Shown: in pieces, positions 12,201 through 27,334 of the stretch
How positions within the stretch are numbered: position 1 is the stretch's first letter
Layout: each line of letters begins with the position of its first letter
Translations under genes and position numbers: made by a program
Notes under the pieces: generated by a model
Databases searched by the model: none
What the model saw: the letters and a program-made list of their open reading frames with translations, nothing else
Told to the model about the DNA's origin: nothing
Source of the DNA: Octopus bimaculoides
Taxonomy: Eukaryota
Length of the DNA: 64,000 nucleotides
Direction: 5' to 3'
NCBI RefSeq assembly: GCF_001194135.2
Contig: NC_068983.1
Coordinates: 161,357,803 to 161,421,802, forward strand

Positions 12201-15200
12201 CAGTGAAAGGGGACTACAGGAGATTACCATCAGACTGGGAAAAGTATCAGGAGCATACAGGATGGAAATAAGGCCAGAAAAGAGCAAGATCTTGGTTAAA
12301 AGTAACAACCAAAACATAGCAACCAACACAAGGCATCCTGCTCAATGCTCTAATGATTCAGTCACTTCACCATCTATAAATACAGATTGACAAATTAAGT
12401 ACCAGACTGAAATATTGACTGGATTTAATATAATTGCTGTGAAAGCAATGCTTCAAAAAGACAGAAGTCCAATAGCTGAAACCAGTGACAATAAACGAAT
12501 ACCTGTAGATGGACCTATAACTTCAGTGAAGCCATCACTGTCAGTTTTCTTATTCTCCTCTGTTGATTCTTGAACAGCAGTTATCTGAGCAACTTCCATA
12601 CTTGTGCTTGAAGCATTCGATGCACTTCTTGAGTGTTGTTGAGTTTTCCTAATGTTTTCTGATATACTCTGCAAAATAGAACAAGAAAATGGAGCAGGAT
12701 GTTTTAAAATTCTTTATAAATATAAATAACTTATAAAATGACAAATGAATAATCAACAACATTTAGAGTCTCTCTTTCATGCTGGCATGGGTTGGACAGT
12801 TTGATAGGATCCAATGAGTCAGAGGACTGCACTGAGCTCAATATAGTTTGTTTCTAAGGTTGGATGCCAACCACTTTATGAGAAAGCACTGCAAGCCTTT
12901 TTTCTTTTTTTTCATGACACCAACACTAGTGAGGTTGCCATGTAACTCACAAAACAAAGAAAAAGACTCTTGACTGAGTGGAAGGTGGCTTTCTTTTTCT
13001 GTATTCACCTCAATGACTATCTCATTCAGTTTTTCCTAACACATAGACATCAAAATATGGATCCAGAAACTCATTATAAATATGTTGTGATGTTTTGTGA
13101 ATCCTATTTTCATGACCTGACATTTAATAACACTACAATAAGCTTTCTTATTTACAGAGAAAATATTGTAGCTGCACAAAACAGGAACGTCATACAATCA
13201 GCGAGTGTTGATTATTGTGCAGTGAGCAGTGGGCAGTTCAAGTTCACCTGTAGACTAAAAGGAAACAACAGAGAACTATTCTCAAACTCATTCCCAAACC
13301 ACAACCTTCCACTCATCTCACTCAACCCTACCTGCTTATCTAGGTAGCAGTTGATATAGAATATGAATCACAGTTGAGTCCTACATTTAACTCATTTCAT
13401 ACAGGTACCCCTATCAAAATCAATAGCTTTACTCGTCATTATACTATTTACATCCACTTTTCTAAGCTTGCACAGGTCAAATGGAAATTACTAAGGCAGA
13501 TTTTCTGTGGTGGAATGCCTTTCCTGTTGCAAACCCTTCCATATTTCAAAGCAAGATAAGTAGCACCCCATGAATGGATATGTTTACACAGCAGATTAGA
13601 AGGACTCTGCTTGTTTGACTGAAACATTTCTTACAACTATCACACTATTTCAAGAAAAGGACACACACACACACACACACTTGCACACTGCCTCTTTCAC
13701 TATCCATCTACAAAATCCACTCACAAGGCTTTACTTGGCCCAGGGCTCAAGGTGCTATGCACTGAGCCCAAAACCATTTGGTTAGGAAGGAAGCTTGAAC
13801 CACACAGCCATGCCTGCACCTACTCAATTACATACAACTCTTTGACCATAAGAGTTGCAATATCAAATACATATGATAGGCACTGGTATAACTATAGGCA
13901 GAGTGGTTAAACTTACATCACAACTATATGGGTTTGCATTCAGTCCTACTGTGTAACACCTTGGACAAGTGTCTTCTAAAGTCTCAAGTTGACTAATGCT
14001 TTGTGAATTTAATCTGGTAAATGGAAAGTGCCCATCATATATACAAATATAAATAAATGTGTGTATGGGTGCATGTGTGCCTGTACATTTGTGTGTATAT
14101 GTGTCTTTATCTGTGTTGATGTGTAGTGGCTTTGCAGCAACACCTCTTGAGCAGAAGTGACATTTATGTCTGCATAAACAGTAATCCAGCAGTTTTGACA
14201 TGCAAAAAACCAGTGGGATAGTAGAGAACCTCACTTGAAAACAAACACAGCTTAGCATCAAGAAGGGCGTCCAACTGTAGACAACTGTTTCAAGAAGTCT
14301 CATTCAACTATGATGACAATACTTTATTGAGCTGTGAATGCAGAAGAAAATCTTATCCACTCTTTAGTTTTGTATTTAAGCATTCTTTCTACAACTGGGC
14401 ACATTAATACTCAAAACTGAATTAAGCCTAAACTGAGAAAATTAGAAGCATCCATTTAAAAAAAAAATTGTATCAGCTTGTAGTTTAACTCCAAGCTAGC
14501 TCTGATCTAGCATATCTACAATGGAAGCCATTCCAACCATAATTAACCTATCTCTTATTCAGACATAATGCATCTAGAACTACATTAGTCAAATTGTTTT
14601 ATCCATTTTTAAAATAATAGAGTGTCATCCAAGAGAGATTTGGCATCTATTACTAGCAAGATGAGTAATTATAAAGAGACTACTTTGTTAGTTCATTTTA
14701 CCTAGAAAATTGTATTAGAACTGTTCTCTTTTTAGAAAAGTGGCATAACAAACACGACAAGTGGAAATGAATTAGCACACAGTTGAAATAATTATGTAAT
14801 ATTTTAAAGGGTAGCTTTATGTTCTTTACCTCCATCATTTCTAGCTTCTCTGGATATGCTAAATCTCCTGATGCAGCATTATACATGAAGATATCATTCT
14901 TGATGTAGATATATGTTCTATAAACAAGTCGCTCTTGAACATCCATAAGCATTTGATTGCAAATATTCTCAAAGGCCTTCAGTTCTTGAGCTACAACAAA
15001 AGATTTTCAGTAAATAAATATCTTCAAGATTTTAAAAACAATATTCTTTTTCAGATTCAAACAAAAAATTTCAAAGCACTAAAGAGGAGGAAGTTGGTGG
15101 ATTCAATTTTCCATTTGGCTTTTCTCCATATTGTTAGCAGACAACATCAAAAATATATTATGAATAATATTAACAGAGTTACAAAGGTTTTCTTTGTGCC

Positions 15201-18200
15201 CCCTGAAGAAAATGTAGAAGTAGCTAGGGCTACCATGTGATTTCCTATATCAGGTGGGAAAGGGAATACGGAACTATATGCATTGTTTTTAAAAGTGAGA
15301 AAAGGATGAAAAGACAGGCCAAGACAAGCATTGTACACCTGCCCCATGAGGTAATCTCACTATATATGGGACAAAGAAATACAAGGATCACCCAGAAAGA
15401 CATTAGAGACAATATTGATCCTAATTTCATTACAACCTAAGTGGCACAATAGAGGCAGTGGTCAGCACTGATGTGATCTTTTATGATATGCAATTAGGTG
15501 GGGGTCTGTAAAACAAAAAAATCATGATGACACCTCCCACCAAGTCCACAAAAGATTCTGGAGCTGTACTTTGAAGTAGAAGCAGAGACAAAGACATCGA
15601 GGTTGGTTGCGCAGGACATAAAAACTAGCAGTTTTACGTGTGGTAATAAAAGTCATTTAAGAGCTTTCTGTTCAGAAGAGTTGGTGAAGACAGAAGGGAA
15701 AGAACAGAACACATAACAGTAACAACAGCATGCCATTGTGAGGTGGTGCTTTCATGGTACCACCAGTTGCAGCTATGGAAACAACTGAGACTGCTTAATC
15801 CTTGGTTCCAGAGTTGAGCAGAAAGCAAAGGGACTTTCTACTCCTGGTCATAACCAACAGTACAATACAGCTATTTTACAGCTCAGCTGATATGATTCTT
15901 GAGTAATATACAGTGATGTCCTTACAATAACAGATGATGACAAACAAACTAACCCTTTAGCTGATACATCAATGCTACATTGAATTCCTATGCTGGAATA
16001 TGCTAATTATAAATAATTTTATAATTAGCATATTATGCAAATGCTTAATAAAGAGGAATTACACTGAACCTTTTAGTGACAGTATTTTCACTACCCATGC
16101 ATTTCTGTTAATTAATAGAATTATCACACTCTCTGAGTGGTTGGCGTTAGGAAGGGCATCCAGCTGTAGAAACTCTGCCAAATTAGATTGGAGCCTGGTG
16201 TTGCCATCCGGTTTCACCAGTCCTCAGTCAAATCGTCCAACCCATGCTAGCATGGAAAGCGGACGTTAAACGATGATGATGATGATGATGATGATCACAT
16301 ATTTATTGCACATATTCTAATGTTCAAATGATATTTGGTATATCAAATGGTTACTCCATAAAATTATGATGGAAGCAACACTTTAAATATGAACACTTAA
16401 CTGTTTAACATTTAAATCAGTGATATCTGGCCCAAATATTCCACCTGTCTTATGTTCAAACTAAATATATACTGAACCTTGCACACCTACCCTGCAATGT
16501 TATTCAAAAATTAAGAATCAAATCATCGAAATCTTGAAGCTACGAGATAAGCCACGATTAATTTAAATCAATCATTATCATCATCATCATTATCATCATT
16601 ATTTAACATCTGTTTTCCATGCAGACACAGGGTGGAAAGTTTGACCAGAACCGGTAAATACCAAGGGCTGCACCAGGCTCCATTGTTTGTTTTGGCATGG
16701 TTTCTATGGCAGGATGCCCTTCCTAATGCCAACCACTTTACAGAGTGTATGGGTACCTTTAATGTAGCACTAGCATCAGTGCTTCTTATGTGGCACCAGC
16801 CCCAGACATTACATTTCACAATAATCTGAATGCTAAAGGGTTAAAACAGATTATTTTGTATCAGAATCTTAGAATCAGAATGGATTTCACAAGAGTTGGC
16901 AGCAAAAGAGTAAAATGGCATATAACATAGATTGTAATGATGATGTAACTTACGGTTATTTCGTACATGCTCTTCAATCATTTCAATCTATAAATAAAAC
17001 AAACATTACATTGTATGTTGTTTAGAGAAATATGAAATAGGTTAAATAGTATTAGTTTCTTGATACAAAGAGAACTTTTACAAGGGAAGGTTTATAGTCA
17101 ATCAAACAGACTGCAACATATGCTACTAGCATTACTTATTTTATCAAAGTTGAAAGGATGCAAAGAAAGATCAACCTTAGTATGATCAAAATTTTAAATG
17201 AAGCAGCAACAGAAATAAATATTGTCAACCCATTGTTCAACTCTTTGTGTGTATAAATGTGTATACACATGTGTAAAATCACAGTGTGTATATATATATT
17301 TATATATATATATATAGATTCAAGATTGAATATGGTACTTATGTGTAGGCACCAGAATATTGTATGGTATGGTATTATATTATACAAAAACCATTCCAAA
17401 AGGATAGGTGATCAAAAAATCGAAATAAGCAACACGGATTTNNNNNNNNNNNNNNNNNNNNNNNNNNNNNNNNNNNNNNNNNNNNNNNNNNNNNNNNNNN
17501 NNNNNNNNNNNNNNNNNNNNNNNNNNNNNNNNNNNNNNNNNNNNNNNNNNNNNNNNNNNNNNNNNNNNNNNNNNNNNNNNNNNNNNNNNNNNNNNNNNNN
17601 NNNNNNNNNNNNNNNNNNNNNNNNNNNNNNNNNNNNNNNNNNNNNNNNNGTGTGTGTGTGTGTGCGTGTGTGCGCGCATGTGTTTATGTATGTGTGTGTG
17701 TGTGTGTGTGTGTGTGGTAAAATAAGGATTCAGATAGAATAAGATATTTGAAAAGATATGCACCAGACAGGGTTGGATAAACTTGTGGTTCAGCCTATGG
17801 TTGATAAATATCAAATAGGATATTCTGATTGTGTACCCCACCCTATGACTATTTAGTGCCTAGGGACTGGTCCAAAGCATGCGTTATGTTGAATTGTACA
17901 TTGTTGGTATACTCTAGGGTATCCAATAAGTCATAAATCCCCTTGGTGTATTATAATCAAATGAATAATAACAGAGGATGGATAACTGTCAGTTCATTAC
18001 AGCTGTTCCTGAAGCATTTTTTAACAGAAAGATGAGAACATTACTGCATTACAAAAAACCGTAATTATCAGATGAAACATAATTTAACAAACAGAAGAAT
18101 ATTCCAAGAATATGGAAGAAATTTCATAATTAGCCTCAACAGACTTCAGCTACATCCCTGCCATATTTTTGGGATATTGTTCTGTTTGTAATTTTGTTTC

Positions 18201-21200
18201 ATCTGATGATTACGGATTTTTGTAATGAAGTAACTCAAGAGTTGAGAGTGTCATGCATGACACTGATTTATATATGTTGGATGGTCTAATTTCCAAAGTT
18301 TAATACTTATAACAAATTATAATGACTTAATTACTATGTAATATTGGTTTCCTGTGAAAGCTTTCAGAGAAAAATGAAAGAATGTCTATTTCAAACCTCA
18401 ATACAAGTATTATAAATCAAACTGAAAACTACTTTAAAAAACAATAAAATGTCACTAACTTTCAAGATTGCACAGAGTTCTGCTAGTGTTTCCAAGTGAT
18501 TAATATGAATTATCAGCGGACGGAATACATCATAAAGGTTGGTACATAACTTCTCAAGCATTTGGCTACAAAACATAAAAGAGATTAGTCAGAAAAAAAT
18601 TAATATGTAATATTTCATTTAGATATTAAAAAAATTTACATTTTTGTTGTTGTTTAATCTCAACTCAATCATGAGTGCTTAGACCTATGATCAAAAGCAT
18701 CCCAACCAGGACCTTCTCATCCTAATCTCAAGCACTGTATATTATAAGGATTAGATTATTCAATGTGATCCTTCTATATCAACATGATAAGGTTGAACAT
18801 GAAGAAGATTTTGCTTCTTTTTCAAATAGATTGAAGAACCATGTGGAAAATCTCTCATTATTAGTGCACCTATACCAAAAATAGGAGTTATTTAAACATG
18901 GACTTTAAATGAATTATCAACTTTATCNNNNNNNNNNCATGGAAAGCGGACGTTAAACGATGATGATGATGATGATGATGATCTCCATTTTTATTTGGGA
19001 TTGTGAGGCAAGTTATGGAGACAGTATCAAATAGTTATTTCTAATTAGTTTTTCATTTTAAAAATGGTAGTTTAAAATCATAAAAAATAATTGCCTGTTA
19101 AAAACAGATGGAATAATTACCTCCTATATTTGTTAACTATATCATACTGTACTTGCCACAAATGGCCATACAGCAGACATTTTGTTGAAAGCATAAAACA
19201 ATAAAATTCAAAAACTTTCTTATTGTTTTTAAAGTGGGGAATATAGATTACAAGTCTTAAATTTTGGGACAGTATTATCACAATATACATGGTTAGATAT
19301 TCTATTCAATGCTTCTGTTGATAAGCTGGCTATCTTCATAGTATAAAGATAATTAAGTGCAAGAGACAGTGGCTAACCATTAATATAAAAACTTTACATT
19401 CACAATCTTAAGAATAATGTATGATATCGTAATCTACCAGTTTACTTACTCAAGTAATGGTGATGGTTTTGAGAAAAAATTGAAATAAAGTTGGCTTTCA
19501 TCTTCACACACGTGCACCATAAAAACACAACCACTGCGCATCTGTTGGAGACAAATGGAAGCAAAGTCAGTTCTCTTAATTACAAAAGAAAATCTAATGA
19601 AATATGTATTGAAACGAGTTTATGTAAAACATCAGCTTACATAGAATAATAACCTGAAAAAGAAAAAGCACAAATTAGTTGGTATGAAGTAGATGAACTA
19701 GCACAAGGGTTCCCAACTTGGGGTACCTACACATTTTGGGGGCATGAGATAGTATTTTAATGAGTGTGACAAAGTATATATTTTATTAAAATTACTTCCC
19801 AAAATAAAATTATTATCTAACTCTTATAAATAACATTATTCTATGAAGCATATCAAAAACTGAAGTTTTACATAATTAGGTACATTCTATATATGTGGAG
19901 TTAATCCTGATGAGATTATGACCCCCAAACTGTGTTCTCATTACACAAGCAATGACATATTTGTGAGTATACATATTCTAGCCATCCGGTTGCACCAGTC
20001 CTCAGTCAAATCGTCTAACCCATGCTAGCATGGAAAGCGGACGTTAAACGATGATGATGATTTCTCCTTTGTCAATCAAGACAAAATTTAGAAATCACCT
20101 GGATTTACAAGCAGACCTGCAGATCACAATCAACAAGAGAGCTCCATATTTTGATAGTCATATAATGAATGAACAGTAGGAACAAACAAGCCATTGATTT
20201 TTATATTCACAATGGTGATTGATTTCACTGTCTAAAGTTTTTCCTGACTGCTCGTTTTACAGTTGCATATTATGCACCATGTCAAAATTTTATCTTTTTC
20301 AGTTCGCTTTGTTCATCCACAGTAGTTTATCTCCTGTCTTTTATTTGTTACAGTCATTGTAGTCCAATGACTGAAAACAAGTAAGAGATAAAACAAAAGG
20401 CATGATATTTCAGGCCTTTTGCAGCAAAAGCGTTAACAACATAAATGAAATGAAACAGCTACAGATAGAAATCAAAACCAGGTTAGGGAATCAGTTCACT
20501 GGAAATTACCCAACTTTACTCGTTCATAAGTCTGAAAAGAAGAAAGAAATCTAAAAATTGAAATAATGTAGAAGGGATTCAGCTTGGTATTAGAATAAAA
20601 GTCATACAACAGAATCTAGTTGGATAGAACAACTCAATTTCAAATGTTAAGTAAGGAAAAGAATAGCACATACCAAAGCGCAATGGTCTCGTTGATATCG
20701 TGCAGCAAGATCAGCAATTGTAGACTCAACACTAGGCCCAAGAAGTAGTTCTCGTTGGGAGAAATAGCACTGGTGACAATCATTTAAGATCTGAGCATAC
20801 CTACAGCATAAAATTAATCACAGAGATGTTGTTATAATTTCATAAATATTAAGTGAGCAATAGCAATGAATAGACAATATAATAGAAGGGAATTATTATA
20901 AACTTTAGTAAATAAGACGACTGATTTGAAAGAATTACTGCTAAAAGTAGGCAAACTTTCACTACAGCATATAGGAAAGTGGGTTATACATCATTAGATG
21001 TATACCTGACTTTCCTATATAAAATTAAGAATATAACGGAACGCTGAACTCCAGACTATCAACATAACAATTATTTATTTTAAGGTGGTTAATATATACA
21101 TCATTAGTTCTTGTTAGTTGAGACGTCTTCTGTGTGTGTGAGCATGGTTGTTGGGATGTTGGTATGTAGATGTGAGCAAGCTGTCTAGCGTAAGTTCGAA

Positions 21201-23613
21201 AGATGGAGAGAGACAGCTAAACACGTCCTTGCTCAATCTCTGGCCAGCAAGAAAGAGACAGAATGAAGCGGGAAAGCTTGGTTGTTGAATTCCACGCATG
21301 CGTGAGACTACGCATGCGCACAGCGTTACTACAAGCTATCAACTAAAGCATATGCTCAGACATGTGAAACTGAAGAGATCTGAGACAGAAGAATTATGAG
21401 GGATTAAAATATACGATGGTGTCTTAAAATAAACACTTCCAAGGAGGAAAAGAATGGCTATAGAGAGATTTTTGAACAACAGTAACATTATAATACTTTC
21501 TGGAGTTAAGAGTAGTCCAAATGTAATCATGGTTACAGGGCTTTCAAGAAAAAGCAACCAAATCTCTCTCAAACCACACCCTACCATCTTAAAATGGGAA
21601 GGACACATGAGATAAAGCAGCCCTTGAAATATTGTTCATTAAGAGAAACAGTATGGTCACAATAGGAACACTTTCCATCATAGGTTTGCTTAGTTGGGAC
21701 TGACATGGATATGAACAACAACTTTCTAAAACCAAATCACTAAAGGAAATATAATTCAGGAAGGTTTTTTCGTTATGCAAAAAAAAAGGGTTTGGTTTTT
21801 GATTATCGTCCATACCAGAACATAACTTGTTTATCAAATGTTTGCAATAATAACAAAAAATATGAGTTAAGTAAGCTAAGGATAGAAAGGTCAAGAGCAT
21901 AACAAATATTTTCCTTCCTAGCAGGTGAAGAGGATCGAGTGAAACATGGCTTGTTAGACATGAAATTTTTATTTACAAGAAAGGTCAAGTTCTTGTAAAA
22001 CCGAAAAAGCAACTATGATAGTTACCAATGTCATAGGTCCAAATAAGAAGGAAGGATAAAGAGAACAGTAGCATGACATGGGAAAGCAAAGATAGACAAA
22101 GTAAGAGTTGGGGTCAAAATAGTTAGATAAGGCGTAGTAACATTGTAACTCACTGATGTGAGAGTGTATGACTGAGATGCATGGAGATAAGCAATATTAG
22201 TACTAGAAATGGTAACATAAGAAAACAGATATAATAACATTGATAGTGGCATTTCAAGAAAATCATAAATTTAACCCTTAAACATTCAGATTACTCTGTC
22301 AAATATAATGCTAATTTATTCACATTGTTTTGAATTAATCAAGCATTATCTCATTGCTGTGAGATTTTGATGTTGTGATTTGTTTATTTTTACAATGACA
22401 TTGTAGCGTGGGTGTGAGATGTTGGATCTGGCCAGTTTGAACACAAAAGAGGCAGAATATTTTGGCCGGGTATGGCTGGTTTAAATGCTAAAGGGTTAAA
22501 GAGTTATCCCAATTTGTACTACGACAAAAAATGAATGTCAAAAAATACCATCTAATATCAAAATATTCCGTATGTGTATTTCGTGTGCAAGATTCTTGAT
22601 GTGGATACGTGTTGAAAGAAATACAATTAAACCTTGGGAGAGGCATTATGCCTATAATAAACACACGTACTGGTTCAGTCCTTTATTAATTTATAAACAG
22701 TATATAGTTTTTTGTTAAATAATTTCATTGCACTCTTGCAATCTCTTCAGTAACTTGTCTCTCCACTTCCATTTATTTTGAATCTATAGTTTATCTTTTA
22801 TTAATATTTAGCAGAATATTTAGCTTCATGCATTAGCACTAATTTAACTTAACACTTTTGACTACTAACACATGAAATTCTTGGCCCTTGAGTCACTATT
22901 GCTTTTACCACACACACACACACACACACACATATGCATGCACACACTTATTTTGAGTACTGGCTTTCCTGTTAACATTACCAAATGTAATTAAACCTTG
23001 GGAGAGGCATTATGCCGGTAATAAACACACACACTGGTTCAGTCCTTTATTAATTTATAAACAGTATACAGTTTTTTGTTAAATAATTCCATTGCACTCT
23101 TGCAATCTCTTCAGTAACTTGTCTCTCCACTTCCATTTATTTTATAAATTAATAAAGGACTGAACCAGTGCGTGTGTTTATTACCGGTATAATGCCTCTC
23201 CCAAGGTTTAATTGTATCAAAATATTCAATTTTATTAATTAGTAAACAACTTCATGTTGTGCATGTTGACTGCGTCTGTCCTTATTTTTTTCCTTCATTA
23301 AAATTATCAAAATTAAGAACAAAAGAAACACATTTGAATATATACACCAAAAAGAAATGTTTACTAACTCTACAGATTTATTAGTTCTTTGTTCCAGTTG
23401 CTCCATCAAAGCATGAACTCGGGGTGCATTTGTGCGGAATTTCCCATAAAAGAGTGTAAATGCATCATCACCTGCATTCGGTGTATCCTAGAACAGAAAA
23501 TAACATTGGTATAATTGTATTAAAGTACTACTGAGAAAATAGGTCAATTTAGTTTCAGTTTATTTAATGACACAGATTAAACTAAAGTTGAAATCCATTA
23601 AGAACACTTCAAA

Positions 23614-23664
<51 letters not shown>

Positions 23665-24493
23665 GATTACTGGCAACCCCGTCGAGCTTGCTTGGTGAGG
23701 AGGGTCATTGTTGGACACCCTGCAGGACGAAGAATAAGACCCGTGAAAGGGCAGAAGAACTACTGTGTAGTCAATGGCCAATTCAACAAGTACCGTGTCG
23801 CGGTGAAGTGCCTGTGTGCTCCATTGGCCCGGAGAGCTATGCTGGAGGGAGAGGAATCTTCAGGCAGGTCTTACCAGGCCAGACAGGTCGAAGGGTAGGA
23901 GACAGACAAAACATAAATGGCAATAAATCGAAGCGTCGGCAGCAGGGCGTGGACTTAGTTATCGGCAGGACCTAACAGATCAGATTCCTGGCTTTGAACT
24001 AGTAGGATGTCATGCAGAAGAACTTGAATACAAGACAATGGATGAGACCCTAATATTCCTAGTTAAATAGAAACTGTGGGACCACATGGAGCAGTGCCCT
24101 GTGACTCCTATAGTATGCACAACCGAAACCCCTATAGGGGCGTCCCAGATGAGATGAGATACTATATTTTAAAAGGATTAATGGAACTCTTCACAAAGGT
24201 AAATAGACAAGACGAAGAGTGCAATGCAATAGCAATAGATATTTCGAAAAATCATTCAACCAATAAAATATCTATTTCTATCCATATCAGGACAATTACC
24301 CTACTAGGACTATATTCCCCTCCCCACAGGACAATTCCCTCTGACAATTACCCCACTCGGTTAATTACTCCCTGTCCAATATATTAAGAAGTTTTAAATC
24401 ATCATCTGTTGTTCTTGGGGATAATTGTCAGAGGGTGGGGTATTGTCCATGGGAGGTATTGCTGGTCTTGTGCCAAAACTTGAAACCATTATT

Positions 24494-24562
<69 letters not shown>

Positions 24563-25802
24563 GAGTGAGTAAGCAGTGTTGCCATCTAAGTGACACAGGG
24601 GTATAAATATACAAAGCCCAATATACCCATGATGACTACCCATCTGACAAGAGTAGACCAGGCACATCCATCACAACCATATGTGCACAACATGGTGATC
24701 CCATATCAAGATAAACAGTGCAAGATCTTGCAGGTGGGGCTCAGTATTTTCTTCAGGTTGAGTAGCCCATCTTGCTCAAAAGTTCTCTCAAGAATGGTTG
24801 TTAAAGGATATTGAATGAAACACCCATGATTCCTGGGGTGAATTACTCAAACCCCAAAGAATTCCTTTCAACACATGTCTATGATGCTTCCTCACTACTC
24901 CTGCTTCTAATCAGAGATGCACATATCATCAGCTACTAAAGAACATGCTCAACTGGTTAAGGTCAAGCAACTGACAAGCAAATCTGAGGTATTGAGCAGA
25001 ATATTTGCTGCAGCTCATTTTTTACACCAAGACAAAGAATGTGCATGACACTTCTAATCAGTTAAGTTCAGAAGCCATGAGAACCACTGCTTGGTACTGC
25101 ATCAGGGCATTTATTATTATTACTGTTAAAATGCTATCAGGGCCAACTTTGCCTTTCATCCCTTTGGGATCGATAAAGTAAGTACCAATAGAACACCGGG
25201 GTCAATGTAATCAACTATTCCCTTCCACAAAAATTTCAGGCCTTGTGCTAATAGTAGAAAGGATTATTATTACTATTATTATTATGATATGGTGGACCCG
25301 TTTGAAAGGGCTAAAGACAGACACTTTCCTCTTTGGCCAAGGCCTCATCAACTTTTTCAAGTTCCATTTGAAAAGGAAGATGAGAGTAGAGAGGGAAGTG
25401 CTGTCTCATAGCAAATTCGTTGAAAGATGGGTGACTGTTGGAAGAATGGCCAGTATAAACGGACCAATTCTGAGAATACACCTGTAGAAAAAAAGAAAGG
25501 TAATGTAAAAGGAGAAAGGGCTCTATACCCCTTTCTTATTTTTTCTGACCAGGCTCCCGTGGTTTTATGGGTTTTTCCACGTGTAACCTTTCCTTTTTCG
25601 AAGCGCCTCCCCCTTTGGGAGTTCTACTTATTTATTTATCTATTTATTTATCTATTTATTCATCATATCCTTCTCCGTTTTCTTCCTCTGTTTAGACGAA
25701 CTTTCCTACCTTTTCGGACAAAACCTTTTGTAACCTTCGTCCTGTCTTTGTCCTTACATGTTTTTAATTGATATTAGCTCTTGTGGCCAATAAAACGAAT
25801 TA

Positions 25803-25844
<42 letters not shown>

Positions 25845-27294
25845 AATAGCAATTTAATATATTATATATGATTGGAATTTGAAATTTGAAATCTGAAATC
25901 GAAATCGAACTGAATCCGATGACTGGCACCCATGCCAACCTCTCCATCATTGGACACTACACTCTGCTTGCGAAGACCTGTTGGGGCAAGTGAAATCAAA
26001 ATCGTAATTGAACCATACTCGATGACTGGCACCTGCGCCAGTGGAGCACTAACAGCACTGTCCGAGCGTGTTCATTGCCAGAGCAGCTGTCTGGCTTCCG
26101 TGTTAGTGGCCTGTAAATAGCACCATTTGAGCGTAATTGTTACCAGCGTTGCCTTCTAGCACTTGTGCTGGTGGCATGTAAGAAAATCATTCGAGCAAGG
26201 TCATTGCCAATGGTGCTGGACTGGCTCCCGTGCAGGTGGCACGTAAAAAACACCTTTTTGTGCGTGGCCTTTGCCAGTACCGTGTGACTGGCCCTCACGC
26301 TGGTCACACGTAAAAAGCACTCACTACACTCTTGGAGTGGTTGGCGTTAGGAAGGGCATCCAGCTGTAGAAACTCTGCCAGATCAGATTGGAGCCTGGTG
26401 CAGCCTTCTGGCTTGCCAGTCCTCAGTCAAATCGTCCAACCCATGCTAGCATGGAAAGCGGACGTTAAACGATGATGATGATGATGATGATGATGATTAA
26501 ACAATATCAACAGAAAGAGTTCAATATGCTCACCTTTTTAGGTAAAACTTGCTGTGTCGCATTTTGCAGGACTGTGATCACATGGCTTTTTATGAGGGTC
26601 AGCGCTCGGGACAAACATTGCTTGAATCGTGCCAAATACACTTGAGATTCTCGGTAACGAGACTGGAAAGATATTTTGTAAAATAAGTAATAATCAAAAC
26701 CACAACAGATCAATAGGTATAAAAATGGAGTTATAATTCAGACATTTATGCTTAAATTTAGCAAAATAAAATAAATATTTGATCCTTTAGCACTCAGATT
26801 ATCCTGTCATATGCAATGATAATTTATTCACATAATCTTGAATTAATTATACATTATCCCATAGCTTTGAGATTTCAGTGATGTGAGACCTTGCTGGTAA
26901 TGGTGCCATGTGAAAAGCACCCAGTCCAATCTGTAGAGTGGTTGGCATTAGGAAGAGGATCCGGCCATAAAAACCATGCCAAAAACAGACAGTAGAATGT
27001 AGTGCAGTTTTCTGGCTTCCCAGCTCTTGACAAGCCACCCAAGCCACACCAGCATGGAAAACAGGTAGAATATTTGGGCCGGATATGGTCAGTATTAATG
27101 CTAAAGTGTTAAACAACAGAAGAGATATATAAAAAATGAAAACATTTTCCACAGTTTACATTTCATTAATAACAATTTTCACTATTACCATTATCACCTT
27201 AACCATTTAGCATTTAAACTAGCCGTATCTGGCATGAATATTCTACTTGCTTTATGTTCAGACTGTCCAAATCCAGCCCCTCACACCAACCCTA

Positions 27295-27334
<40 letters not shown>

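Noticed and set aside
23666-24030. GC-richer block after (ATT)n with ORFs of 68-95 aa
   Set aside because: No recognisable protein. It is probably the 5' region of a LINE (RTE-like) or another repeat, but I could not classify it.
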